Assembly: GCA_949282205.1 (NCBI GenBank)
Contig: CASDOS010000057.1
Span: 4,037 to 68,036, forward strand
Direction of reading: 5' to 3'
Length of the DNA: 64,000 nucleotides
Source of the DNA: an uncultured Alphaproteobacteria bacterium
GTDB taxonomy: Bacteria > Pseudomonadota > Alphaproteobacteria > RF32 > CAG-239
In this document: positions 17,958 through 25,050 of the stretch, piece after piece
Numbering within the stretch: the first letter of the stretch is position 1
Layout of the letters: every line of letters begins with the position of its first letter
Notes under the pieces: generated by a model
Seen by the model: the letters and a program-made list of their open reading frames with translations, nothing else
Database searches by the model: none
What the model was told of the DNA's origin: nothing
Made by a program: the position numbers and the translations under genes

Positions 17958-18821
17958 ATGAATTGGTTAACTGATATTGTCAGACCCAAAATTAAGAAAA
18001 CAACCCCGAAAGAAATTTCTGATGATTTATGGGTTAAATGTCCGGAATGCGGGCAGATGCTCTTCTCTAAAGAGCTCAAACAGTCTATGTATGTTTGTAC
18101 TAAGTGCGGACATCATTTGCGCCTTTATGTTGATAAACGTTTAAAACAACTTTTTGATGACGGTATCTATTCCGAGATGATATTGCCCTCGGTTAAAGAA
18201 GATCCGTTGAAGTTTAAAGATACACAGCGTTATACAGACAGACTTAAAGTTTATCGCAAAAAAACGGGAAATAATGACGCAATTAAAGTCGGTACCGGTA
18301 AAGTTGCAGGTATAGATGCGGTGGTTGCCGCTATGGACTTCTCTTTTATGGGGGGATCTATGGGGACGGCTGTCGGTGAAGGAATTGTTGCCGCTGCCGA
18401 TTATGCGTATAATCATGATTGTCCCTTGATTATTGCCAGTGCTTCCGGTGGTGCGCGTATGCAGGAAGGTATGCTCTCTTTGATGCAAATGGCGCGGACT
18501 ACGGCGGCTATCAATCGGGTTAAAGAAAAAGGACTTCCTTATATCTCTATCTTTACAGACCCGACAACCGGTGGCGTTTCGGCTTCGTTTGCGATGATTG
18601 GTGATATTCATATTGCTGAAAAAGGTGCGATGATTGGTTTTGCCGGGAAACGCGTGATTGAGCAGACTATTCGCGAAAAACTGCCTGATGGTTTTCAAAC
18701 TGCTGAATATCTTAAAGAACATGGTATGGTCGATATTGTGGTTGAACGTAAAAACTTGAAAGAAACGGTTGATCGTGTTTTGACGCTTTTGTTGGCTAAT
18801 CGTAATAAAATAGCGGCGTAA
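17958..18821 (+). CDS. accD: acetyl-CoA carboxylase carboxyltransferase subunit beta
   Basis: 287-aa ORF with the N-terminal zinc ribbon CPECGQ...CTKCGHH and a carboxyltransferase domain (GGSMG, GGARMQEG). Confidence 0.9.
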   Translation: MNWLTDIVRPKIKKTTPKEISDDLWVKCPECGQMLFSKELKQSMYVCTKCGHHLRLYVDKRLKQLFDDGIYSEMILPSVKEDPLKFKDTQRYTDRLKVYRKKTGNNDAIKVGTGKVAGIDAVVAAMDFSFMGGSMGTAVGEGIVAAADYAYNHDCPLIIASASGGARMQEGMLSLMQMARTTAAINRVKEKGLPYISIFTDPTTGGVSASFAMIGDIHIAEKGAMIGFAGKRVIEQTIREKLPDGFQTAEYLKEHGMVDIVVERKNLKETVDRVLTLLLANRNKIAA

Positions 18822-18845
18822 TAGTGTTTGAAAGTATGGTGTTAA

Positions 18846-18872
18846 GGCGGGGTGTTTTAACTCCGCTTTTTT
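18846..18872 (+). terminator. intrinsic terminator of accD
   Basis: gcggggt gtttta actccgc followed by T6. Confidence 0.65.
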
Positions 18873-18952
18873 GTGATTATTTTATGAAAAAAACTTCACT
18901 TTTGTTAGTGTAGGATGTGTTTTTTGGGGGAGTAGAATGATGCAAAAATACC

Positions 18953-19028
18953 TACATTTTTTTGCCACAATAGTCAATACTTTTTTGTTGAGAAATTATG
19001 TGACTTTATTTTAGCAAAAAAAATGTAC
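18953..19028. repeat. inverted repeat, left copy (76 nt core)
   Basis: The reverse complement of 18953-19028 equals 24909-24983, except for an A8 versus T7 homopolymer length. Weaker similarity extends to 18941-19030. Confidence 0.9.
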
Positions 19029-19061
19029 ACTTAATTAATTCAATATATGAGGGGAATTAAA

Positions 19062-20366
19062 ATGAGTGTTTTAGATGATGTTTTAGCGGCATTGGATAAG
19101 CGCGATGTCAGCGATGATGAGATAAAAAATATGCTAAAAGCGGCTTCTGATTATGCGGAGGCTTTTTCTTCTAATGCGGAGGTTGCGGCTTTGTTTGAGC
19201 GCGTTCGTGATGCCGCGATGGCTAAGATGAATAATAAGGATGTGCGTTTTGATGAGAGTGGTAAACCGCTTGAAGGGTTTAATGTTGCTTATGATTTGGC
19301 GCAAAGGGGCGAACATGGCGGATTTGCCGATAGAAAGCCAATGGATGTTCTTGCTGAAATAGCGGATGTTAAAAATCGGGCAACGGCTTTGAATGCTGCG
19401 TCAACTTCTTATGACCATCAAGCGGTAGCTTCTGATTTGCTTAGAGCGACACATTGTGTTGAGCCTTCCAGTCCTGAAGTTTCGGTTAAAATGTTAAAGA
19501 TGGAAAAAGAATTATTTGATGGACTTAAAGGAAGCGGTCATAGTTTTGAGGCGGGAAAATCGCAATTGGAAATATATAATCACGCAGCTCGTTATTTTGG
19601 GGATGAAAAAGTGGCTGATGCATATATGGCCGGAGCAGATAAAGCGCTTTACAAAGTAAAAGGTTTGGATTTGGGAGCGGACGGTTTGGTTGAAAATACC
19701 ATGAAAAAATATACCGAAGTTGCGGCATTTCATCCTAAATATGCCGAAGAATGTTTTGACGCAGGAAAATACGTCATGAGAGAGGTTGGTAAGGAATTTT
19801 CCGATCCCGAATTTTTGAAACAAACTGCGCAAAATGTTGTTAATGTATATGATGCGTTGGCTAATAATCCTAGGGTGGATCCGAATATTAGAAAACAAGC
19901 TCAAAATGCCGGTGATTTACTTAAACGCAAGTATGCTTTAGATAAAGAAACGAATGCAATGGAAACGACCAGAAAAGTACAAAATTCGGTTAATGATAAG
20001 CAAAAAGCTCAGGATTTTGTTCAAAGTGGGAGAAGTTATAGCGGTGGAAATAATTTGTTTGATAGAGTTAAAAAGTTTGTTAAAGATGATTTTAAGAAAA
20101 CTTTTGAGTTTGCTCAGAATAATCCCAAAGCTCTTATGGGGGCAGGGGCTGCTGCTATGTTTACCGGTATGGGAACTGCAAATCCTGCTTTGGCGGCTGC
20201 GGGGGCTGCGATTATGACATATGGTTTTTGCAGACAACAGATTGCTAAGGTGAAACAAAAAATGAATCCTGCTCAAGAAACAACAGAGGTGCTTAAACAA
20301 AATAAAAAATTTGAAAAAGTATTTGACGGACAGATGTTTAATAAATCAAAGCAAGGAGGCAGATGA
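19062..20366 (+). CDS. hypothetical helical protein with a C-terminal Gly/Ala-zipper hydrophobic segment
   Basis: The ORF is open from 19047. The ATG at 19062 sits 8 nt after GAGGGG. Predicted mostly alpha-helical by composition. The only hydrophobic stretch is ALMGAGAAAMFTGMGTANPALAAAGAAIMTYGF (nt 20130-20228). No family recognised. Confidence 0.55.
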   Translation: MSVLDDVLAALDKRDVSDDEIKNMLKAASDYAEAFSSNAEVAALFERVRDAAMAKMNNKDVRFDESGKPLEGFNVAYDLAQRGEHGGFADRKPMDVLAEIADVKNRATALNAASTSYDHQAVASDLLRATHCVEPSSPEVSVKMLKMEKELFDGLKGSGHSFEAGKSQLEIYNHAARYFGDEKVADAYMAGADKALYKVKGLDLGADGLVENTMKKYTEVAAFHPKYAEECFDAGKYVMREVGKEFSDPEFLKQTAQNVVNVYDALANNPRVDPNIRKQAQNAGDLLKRKYALDKETNAMETTRKVQNSVNDKQKAQDFVQSGRSYSGGNNLFDRVKKFVKDDFKKTFEFAQNNPKALMGAGAAAMFTGMGTANPALAAAGAAIMTYGFCRQQIAKVKQKMNPAQETTEVLKQNKKFEKVFDGQMFNKSKQGGR

Positions 20367-20367
20367 T

Positions 20368-20718
20368 ATGGAGCAGAAAATAGTCGGCGATTGTGTGTTT
20401 TATGTCCGAGATGGTGAAGTTGCTGTAGAAACGGCGGAAATAGCGGGAAAAATTAAGAGTGCGCTTTATGATGGGCGCAATACGCTTTTGATGATTGATG
20501 AAAATAAAGTTATCTGGTTGTTGCGGAATATTGTTTTGGAGGTCAGAAACGTATTGGTAAAGGCGGATAAACTTTTTGTTATTAAACGTGATGAAAAAAA
20601 TGATGTTGCAGGTGGTTATTTTGTCAGGCTCGATGTAAAGGAAAGTCTTGAGTATAAAGACGATTTTGCCGAAAATTGTTGCGATGTTTATACTCTTGTT
20701 GAGGGGATGAATGAATAA
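20368..20718 (+). CDS. hypothetical small cytoplasmic protein, tightly coupled to the upstream gene
   Basis: The ORF track starts at 20311. The ATG at 20368 follows AAGGAGG and sits 1 nt after the upstream TGA stop. 116 aa. No family recognised. Confidence 0.55.
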   Translation: MEQKIVGDCVFYVRDGEVAVETAEIAGKIKSALYDGRNTLLMIDENKVIWLLRNIVLEVRNVLVKADKLFVIKRDEKNDVAGGYFVRLDVKESLEYKDDFAENCCDVYTLVEGMNE

Positions 20719-20868
20719 GAAACTTTTTTAGCTTGAAAACTGTTTTCTTAAAAAAATAATGAACAAATAAATCCAAATCTCGTTATATTTAAATGTTGAA
20801 AAATTGTTTAAATTAAGGTATGGTGCATACATACCTGTAAATATGTATATTTAATTTGCGAGGTTTGA

Positions 20869-21210
20869 ATGTTTAAAAAAATTGGTTTGATGATGACGGT
20901 TGCACTTTTGCTTTGCGGAAAAGCGCAGGCGGCCGATACGGCTAAAGTTTATATTGATCAAAACGGTAATGTCGTGGCTCAGGAAATTTATGTGCCTCAA
21001 ACTTTTGAAACAAAACAGGTTACAACGACAACGGTAGAAACTCAGCCGGTGGTGGTGCAACGAGTGGTTACAACTTCTTGTTCAAACGGATGTCGCGCAA
21101 GTTGTCATGATTGCGTTGTTCCGGCGTATGTTCATCATCCGAGATTGTTTCGTCCGTTTAAACCCTATCATCCACGCTATCCGCGTCATCATGGTTGGAG
21201 GCATTTCTAA
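20869..21210 (+). CDS. small secreted protein with a His/Pro/Arg-rich C-terminal tail
   Basis: 113-aa ORF. Signal peptide MFKKIGLMMTVALLLCGKAQA, a T/V/Q-rich middle, and the tail HHPRLFRPFKPYHPRYPRHHGWRHF. Confidence 0.6.
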   Translation: MFKKIGLMMTVALLLCGKAQAADTAKVYIDQNGNVVAQEIYVPQTFETKQVTTTTVETQPVVVQRVVTTSCSNGCRASCHDCVVPAYVHHPRLFRPFKPYHPRYPRHHGWRHF

Positions 21211-21665
21211 AGGATAAAAGTGTTGTGACGATAAATCATAAAAAATATATCAATTTTTTGACGGTTTTAACGTGGTGCTTATGCAGTATCACGTTTCAAT
21301 CGTCTTGGGCGAATAGCTATGTCGAGATGATTACGACGCCGCCGGCGCAGAGTGCGAATTCTCAATCGGTGATTTATGCTGATGAAGTTTATGTGGTGCA
21401 ACAACCAACTTATGTGCAGGTTGAACCGCAAGCTGTGAATATGCAATATTCTAAAATTTCCGGCGCCCCAATAACCTCCTCTCCGGTGGTTACTTCATCT
21501 TATCCTAAATATGTGGCATGGCGGAATGCGCAAAATAATAGTTGTTGTTATGTTCATGACGGTGTGCAAAATCTGATTTATTTTATCGGTGGGGCAGTTG
21601 CAGGTCGGATTGCATACGATATTTGGGGACCGCATCATAGGCATCACTTGTTGGATCATTGGTAG
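21195..21665 (+). CDS. small secreted protein with a His-rich C-terminus (probable paralog of the preceding gene)
   Basis: 156-aa ORF. An alternative GTG start at 21225 lies after AAGGA. Signal-like segment FLTVLTWCLCSITFQSSWA, a Q/V/P-rich middle, and the C-terminus WGPHHRHHLLDHW. Confidence 0.55.
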   Translation: MEAFLKDKSVVTINHKKYINFLTVLTWCLCSITFQSSWANSYVEMITTPPAQSANSQSVIYADEVYVVQQPTYVQVEPQAVNMQYSKISGAPITSSPVVTSSYPKYVAWRNAQNNSCCYVHDGVQNLIYFIGGAVAGRIAYDIWGPHHRHHLLDHW

Positions 21666-21732
21666 TTTTTTTATGTTTTTTCGGCTTTGTTTGGTGTAAT
21701 TTGGCGGCAAGACTTGACTTAATCGTTTTTAA

Positions 21733-21768
21733 GACCTAAATCTATTTCAGGTCAGTTTTTTTTATTTT
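21733..21768 (+). terminator. intrinsic terminator
   Basis: gacct-N11-aggtc hairpin followed by T8. Confidence 0.45.
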
Positions 21769-21781
21769 TTAAGAGGGTATT

Positions 21782-22372
21782 ATGAGTGCCGAAAATGATG
21801 ATGTAAAAAATAAACAGTTTGAAAATGAAACAGAAAATGTCAATGCTTCTGAAGATGTTGCGCAAAATGTAGAAAGCGGTGATGATGGGGCTTCAGAAGG
21901 AGTGGCTAAGGAGGCTTCGGATGAGGGACGCGATAAATTAGAAAAAGATTTTGCGAAACTTAAAGATGATTATATCCGTTTGTATGCCGAAATGGATAAT
22001 ATGAAGAAAAGAGCTCATCTGGAAAGCGAAAAGACCATTAAATTTGCCGTTTCTTCTTTTGCAAAGGAACTTTTGGGGGTTGCAGATAATCTGGAAAGAG
22101 CTATTGCGGCGATGGGAGATAATAAAGAATCTTGCGCGGAACTCTTAAAAGGTGTGGAATTAACTCAAAATGAATTAACGAAAGTTTTTGAAAAATTCGG
22201 CATTAAACGCTTTAACCATATTGGCGAAAAATTTGATCCGAATTTTGAGCGTGTTGTTCAAGAAATTGAAGATAAAAAGGCTAAAAGCGGGGTTATTTTG
22301 GCAGAGCTGCAGGCCGGTTATACTATTCATGATCGTATCTTGCGCGAGGCGATGGTTATTGTCGCTAAATAG
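21782..22372 (+). CDS. grpE: nucleotide exchange factor GrpE
   Basis: 196-aa ORF. Acidic N-terminus, then DYIRLYAEMDNMKKR and the C-terminal GYTIHDRILREAMV typical of GrpE. Confidence 0.9.
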   Translation: MSAENDDVKNKQFENETENVNASEDVAQNVESGDDGASEGVAKEASDEGRDKLEKDFAKLKDDYIRLYAEMDNMKKRAHLESEKTIKFAVSSFAKELLGVADNLERAIAAMGDNKESCAELLKGVELTQNELTKVFEKFGIKRFNHIGEKFDPNFERVVQEIEDKKAKSGVILAELQAGYTIHDRILREAMVIVAK

Positions 22373-22401
22373 TTTTTTGCTACATCGGGAGATTGTCTTT
22401 A

Positions 22402-22430
22402 GCGGTGTCATTTGTTGACGCCGCTTTTTT
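22402..22430 (+). terminator. intrinsic terminator of grpE
   Basis: gcggtgtca tttgt tgacgccgc followed by T6. Confidence 0.7.
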
Positions 22431-22445
22431 GTGTGTTTTAAAATA

Positions 22446-22473
22446 TTGACAAAAAAGCAAAGCGTGCTATTTT
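22446..22473 (+). promoter_or_regulatory. cassette promoter of array member 1
   Basis: TTGACA (22446-22451), 16-nt spacer, TATTTT (22468-22473). Preceded by the conserved GTGTGTTTTAAAATA. Confidence 0.55.
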
Positions 22474-22506
22474 TTTTTCAGAAAGAAATTATTATAACTA
22501 AAATTT

Positions 22507-23262
22507 ATGACTATGGGAAATTATGAAAAACAAATTGCTGATTTATGTCATAAAATGATGACAGAGCAGTTTTTAGATTATTTGAATCAATGTGGATGCG
22601 AACTCGGTTATCCGTTTGTTATGTATTCAGACGGTGAATGCGGAAAAGGACTGGTTTCTTCGGATGGTAAACACAATGCCGTATTGAAAGTCTTGGGCTC
22701 GTTTAAAGATAATGCTAAAGTTGACGGAATTAAGAAACAGAGAATAAAGGAGAATTCAGTTTCGCTTTCTTCTGTTGATGAGCAAAGATTAAAAAATATT
22801 TTGAGTATTATTCAAGAAGGTAAACATAAACTTCTTTCTGCTGATGATGAATGTTTTTTAATTTTGAAGGGGACTTTTAGACTGTTTATTTTGTATCTTA
22901 ATGAGGTGTGCGCACTTAGCTTCTCGGCTTTTAAAATTATTATCGACGAGGATAAATTAGTTTATTTTGCAGCTTATATTGGAATGGTTACAGAACTTAG
23001 AGATGACGAAGTAGATTATATTTTAGATAAGGCATCTAAGGAAATTATGATGATTATGTTTGTTTCTTCTTCTTTTTTAGGTTTTTCCGAAGAACAAGAA
23101 AAAAAACTTGTTGATAGTCATCGACTGGATTTGCTGACTGTGTATGACGGTGCGTATGTATTCGAAAAAAAAACGTGGTCCTATTTGAGAAATTTAGCGC
23201 AAACAGATCCAGAACTTAAAAAATGGCTTGATGATAGATTGCCATATGATAAAAAGCTATAA
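22507..23262 (+). CDS. array member 1 of a novel paralog family (FLxYLNxCG-GYPF-NGECGK module)
   Basis: 251-aa ORF. The N-terminal module is QFLDYLNQCGCELGYPFVMYSDGECGKGLVSSDGKHNAVLKVLGSFKDNAKV. The C-terminal region is homologous to members 2 and 5. No signal peptide or TM segment. Confidence 0.65.
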   Translation: MTMGNYEKQIADLCHKMMTEQFLDYLNQCGCELGYPFVMYSDGECGKGLVSSDGKHNAVLKVLGSFKDNAKVDGIKKQRIKENSVSLSSVDEQRLKNILSIIQEGKHKLLSADDECFLILKGTFRLFILYLNEVCALSFSAFKIIIDEDKLVYFAAYIGMVTELRDDEVDYILDKASKEIMMIMFVSSSFLGFSEEQEKKLVDSHRLDLLTVYDGAYVFEKKTWSYLRNLAQTDPELKKWLDDRLPYDKKL

Positions 23263-23294
23263 TCCTGATAGAGTTTGTTTATTTGATTTTATCA

Positions 23295-23323
23295 GCAGGG
23301 TTCTTCGGAACTCTGCTTTTTTT
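23295..23323 (+). terminator. intrinsic terminator (conserved copy)
   Basis: gcagggttc ttcg gaactctgc followed by T7. An identical hairpin lies at 24169-24197. Confidence 0.75.
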
Positions 23324-23338
23324 GTGCGTTTTAAAATG

Positions 23339-23366
23339 TTGACAAAAATGTATACTGTGCTAATTT
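23339..23366 (+). promoter_or_regulatory. cassette promoter of array member 2
   Basis: TTGACA (23339-23344), 16-nt spacer, TAATTT (23361-23366). Confidence 0.55.
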
Positions 23367-23406
23367 TCTCTCAGAAAGAAATTATTGTAACTAAAATTTA
23401 TGGCTT

Positions 23407-24123
23407 ATGGAAAATTATGATGCAAATGTATCCGTTGCGACGGGGCAATTTTTGAATTATTTAAATGTATGTGGACGAAAACTTGGTTATCCTTTTCTGC
23501 TGTATTCTAACGGAGAATGCGGGAAAAAACTGGTTTCTTCTGATAGTAAGCACAATGCTGTGGCAAAGGTTTTTATGTCTTGCGGTGTTACGGAGATGTT
23601 GCAAACATCTGCGATTTCGGCTGTTGAACATGATACCATTGAGGCATCTGGCGGCGAAGATTTTTTGAGATACTTAAACAAATGTGCGCCAAATATAGGC
23701 TTTCCGTTTGTCATTTTGACTGATGGCAGAATTTTGAAAAGTTCATTTTTAACAAATGAAGAGAAAAAAATGGTTGTTGTTAAAGTTTTGCGCGCTTTTG
23801 TAAACGATGCCAAATTGCTTGGTGTTGTAGAGGATGTTTCTTTGAAAGAGAAATGTGAAAAATCTGATACCGATGAGGCTTTTTTAGAACTTAAAGCGAT
23901 TATCGATGATGATGATTTGGAGCGTTTTGAAAAGTTGAGCAACGTTAATCATCAGATGAAGATGTATATTTTAACTAATGCATCTAGAAAGATATTGATG
24001 TTCTTTTTGCGCCATTGTAAACCTAATAGCTTGACTCTGGAAGAGATGGATTTGCTGTGGATTAAAAACGATTTGGAGCTTTTGGATGCCTATTACTGGT
24101 GGGTTCGTGTTCCTGGTAAATAA
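23407..24123 (+). CDS. array member 2 of the novel paralog family (two N-terminal modules)
   Basis: 238-aa ORF. The first module (nt 23446-23574) is about 90% identical to member 3. A second, diverged copy of the module lies at nt 23662-23814 (FLRYLNKCAPNIGFPFVILTDG...VVKVLRAFVNDAK). Confidence 0.65.
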   Translation: MENYDANVSVATGQFLNYLNVCGRKLGYPFLLYSNGECGKKLVSSDSKHNAVAKVFMSCGVTEMLQTSAISAVEHDTIEASGGEDFLRYLNKCAPNIGFPFVILTDGRILKSSFLTNEEKKMVVVKVLRAFVNDAKLLGVVEDVSLKEKCEKSDTDEAFLELKAIIDDDDLERFEKLSNVNHQMKMYILTNASRKILMFFLRHCKPNSLTLEEMDLLWIKNDLELLDAYYWWVRVPGK

Positions 24124-24168
24124 ACGCTATTTTTAGGGCAGATGCAAATTTTATTTTAATGATTATCG

Positions 24169-24197
24169 GCAGGGTTCTTCGGAACTCTGCTTTTTTT
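24169..24197 (+). terminator. intrinsic terminator (conserved copy)
   Basis: gcagggttc ttcg gaactctgc followed by T7. Confidence 0.75.
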
Positions 24198-24212
24198 GTG
24201 TGTTTTAAAATG

Positions 24213-24240
24213 TTGACAAAAAAACAAAGCGTGCTAATTT
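24213..24240 (+). promoter_or_regulatory. cassette promoter of array member 3
   Basis: TTGACA (24213-24218), 16-nt spacer, TAATTT (24235-24240). Confidence 0.55.
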
Positions 24241-24280
24241 TCTCTCAGAAAGAAATTATTGTAACTAAAATTTATGGCTT

Positions 24281-24925
24281 ATGGAAAATTATGATGCAAA
24301 TGTATCCGTTGCGACGGGGCAATTTTTGAATTATTTAAATGTATGTGGACGAAAACTTGGCTATCCGTTTATGCTGTATTCTAACGGAGAATGCGGGAAA
24401 AAACTGGTTTCTTCTGACGGTAAGCACAATGCGGTTGCGAAGGTTTTACACCCGTTTCAGCTTGACTGTGGTATTGAAATGCCTCTCAACTCCGAGCTGC
24501 CTTTTGGAATGGCTTTTGATATTCCAACCGATGAAGACGAAAGAAAGTTATGCGATATCTATAATCGTATTTTACGAAAAGAAACGCTTTCGGAGCAGCA
24601 AGAGTCTCTGTTGTGTCGCTTCGGTACGGGCGATGCCATCAGTCAATACGACTATGCCGGCGAGTTGTGTCTTTCTGCTTTTACAGAGCTTGTTAAACGT
24701 GATGATTTTCTGTTGTTTAATACGGCTTATTTGTGTAATACTTCGTTGAGAGGTTTTTGGACAGAGTATCAGGAGAATTCTTTGTATGAAATTAAAGAAG
24801 TTTATTTGGCTCGAAATGCGTCTAAAAACTTCGTGTTTAATTATCTGAGAACCGGAAGTCGGATGTCGTTTACACCAAAATTTAAAGAAGAAGTGCAAAA
24901 ACGAAAACGTACATTTTTTTGCTAA
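24281..24925 (+). CDS. array member 3 of the novel paralog family, 3'-truncated at the inverted-repeat boundary
   Basis: 214-aa ORF. Homologous to member 4 up to ...EEVQKRKR (member 4 has ...IELVKRRD). The last codons (TFFC, stop) read into the repeat at 24909 onward. About 45 C-terminal residues are missing relative to member 4. Confidence 0.6.
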   Translation: MENYDANVSVATGQFLNYLNVCGRKLGYPFMLYSNGECGKKLVSSDGKHNAVAKVLHPFQLDCGIEMPLNSELPFGMAFDIPTDEDERKLCDIYNRILRKETLSEQQESLLCRFGTGDAISQYDYAGELCLSAFTELVKRDDFLLFNTAYLCNTSLRGFWTEYQENSLYEIKEVYLARNASKNFVFNYLRTGSRMSFTPKFKEEVQKRKRTFFC

Positions 24926-24983
24926 AATAAAGTCACATAATTTCTCAACAAAAAAGTATTGACTATTGTGGCAAAAAAATGTA
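24909..24983. repeat. inverted repeat, right copy (75 nt core)
   Basis: The reverse complement matches 18953-19028. It contains a TTGACT box facing member 4. Confidence 0.9.
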
Positions 24984-25050
24984 CGGATTTGCATGGCGAC
25001 GATGTTGATTTTTATTTTGATTTTGGTTTCTAATTTAAAATTTGTAATTT

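Larger units (their letters stand above)
23284..23574. repeat. direct repeat copy 1 (terminator, promoter, leader and 5' coding region)
   Basis: About 290 bp, aligned by eye to 24161-24447 at roughly 90-95% identity. Most mismatches cluster in the promoter spacer. Confidence 0.8.
24161..24447. repeat. direct repeat copy 2 (terminator, promoter, leader and 5' coding region)
   Basis: Partner of 23284-23574. The copies are 874-877 bp apart. Confidence 0.8.

Noticed and set aside
21713-21742. Sigma32-type heat-shock promoter upstream of grpE (CTTGACT-N15-CCTAAAT)
   Set aside because: It matches the CTTGAAA / CCCCATnT consensus only partially, and it overlaps the terminator-like hairpin of the preceding gene. 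Too weak to report as a feature.
18941-24993. Reading the inverted-repeat-bounded 5.9-kb segment as a composite transposon or mobile element
   Set aside because: There is no transposase, integrase or recombinase inside or nearby. I could not identify target-site duplications. The cargo includes the housekeeping gene grpE. A recombination or inversion footprint is more parsimonious.
24572-24994. 140-aa minus-strand ORF starting inside the right inverted-repeat copy
   Set aside because: It is antisense to array member 3. The corresponding frame in the left repeat copy gives only a 25-codon ORF in a different frame, so the repeat is not conserved as coding sequence.
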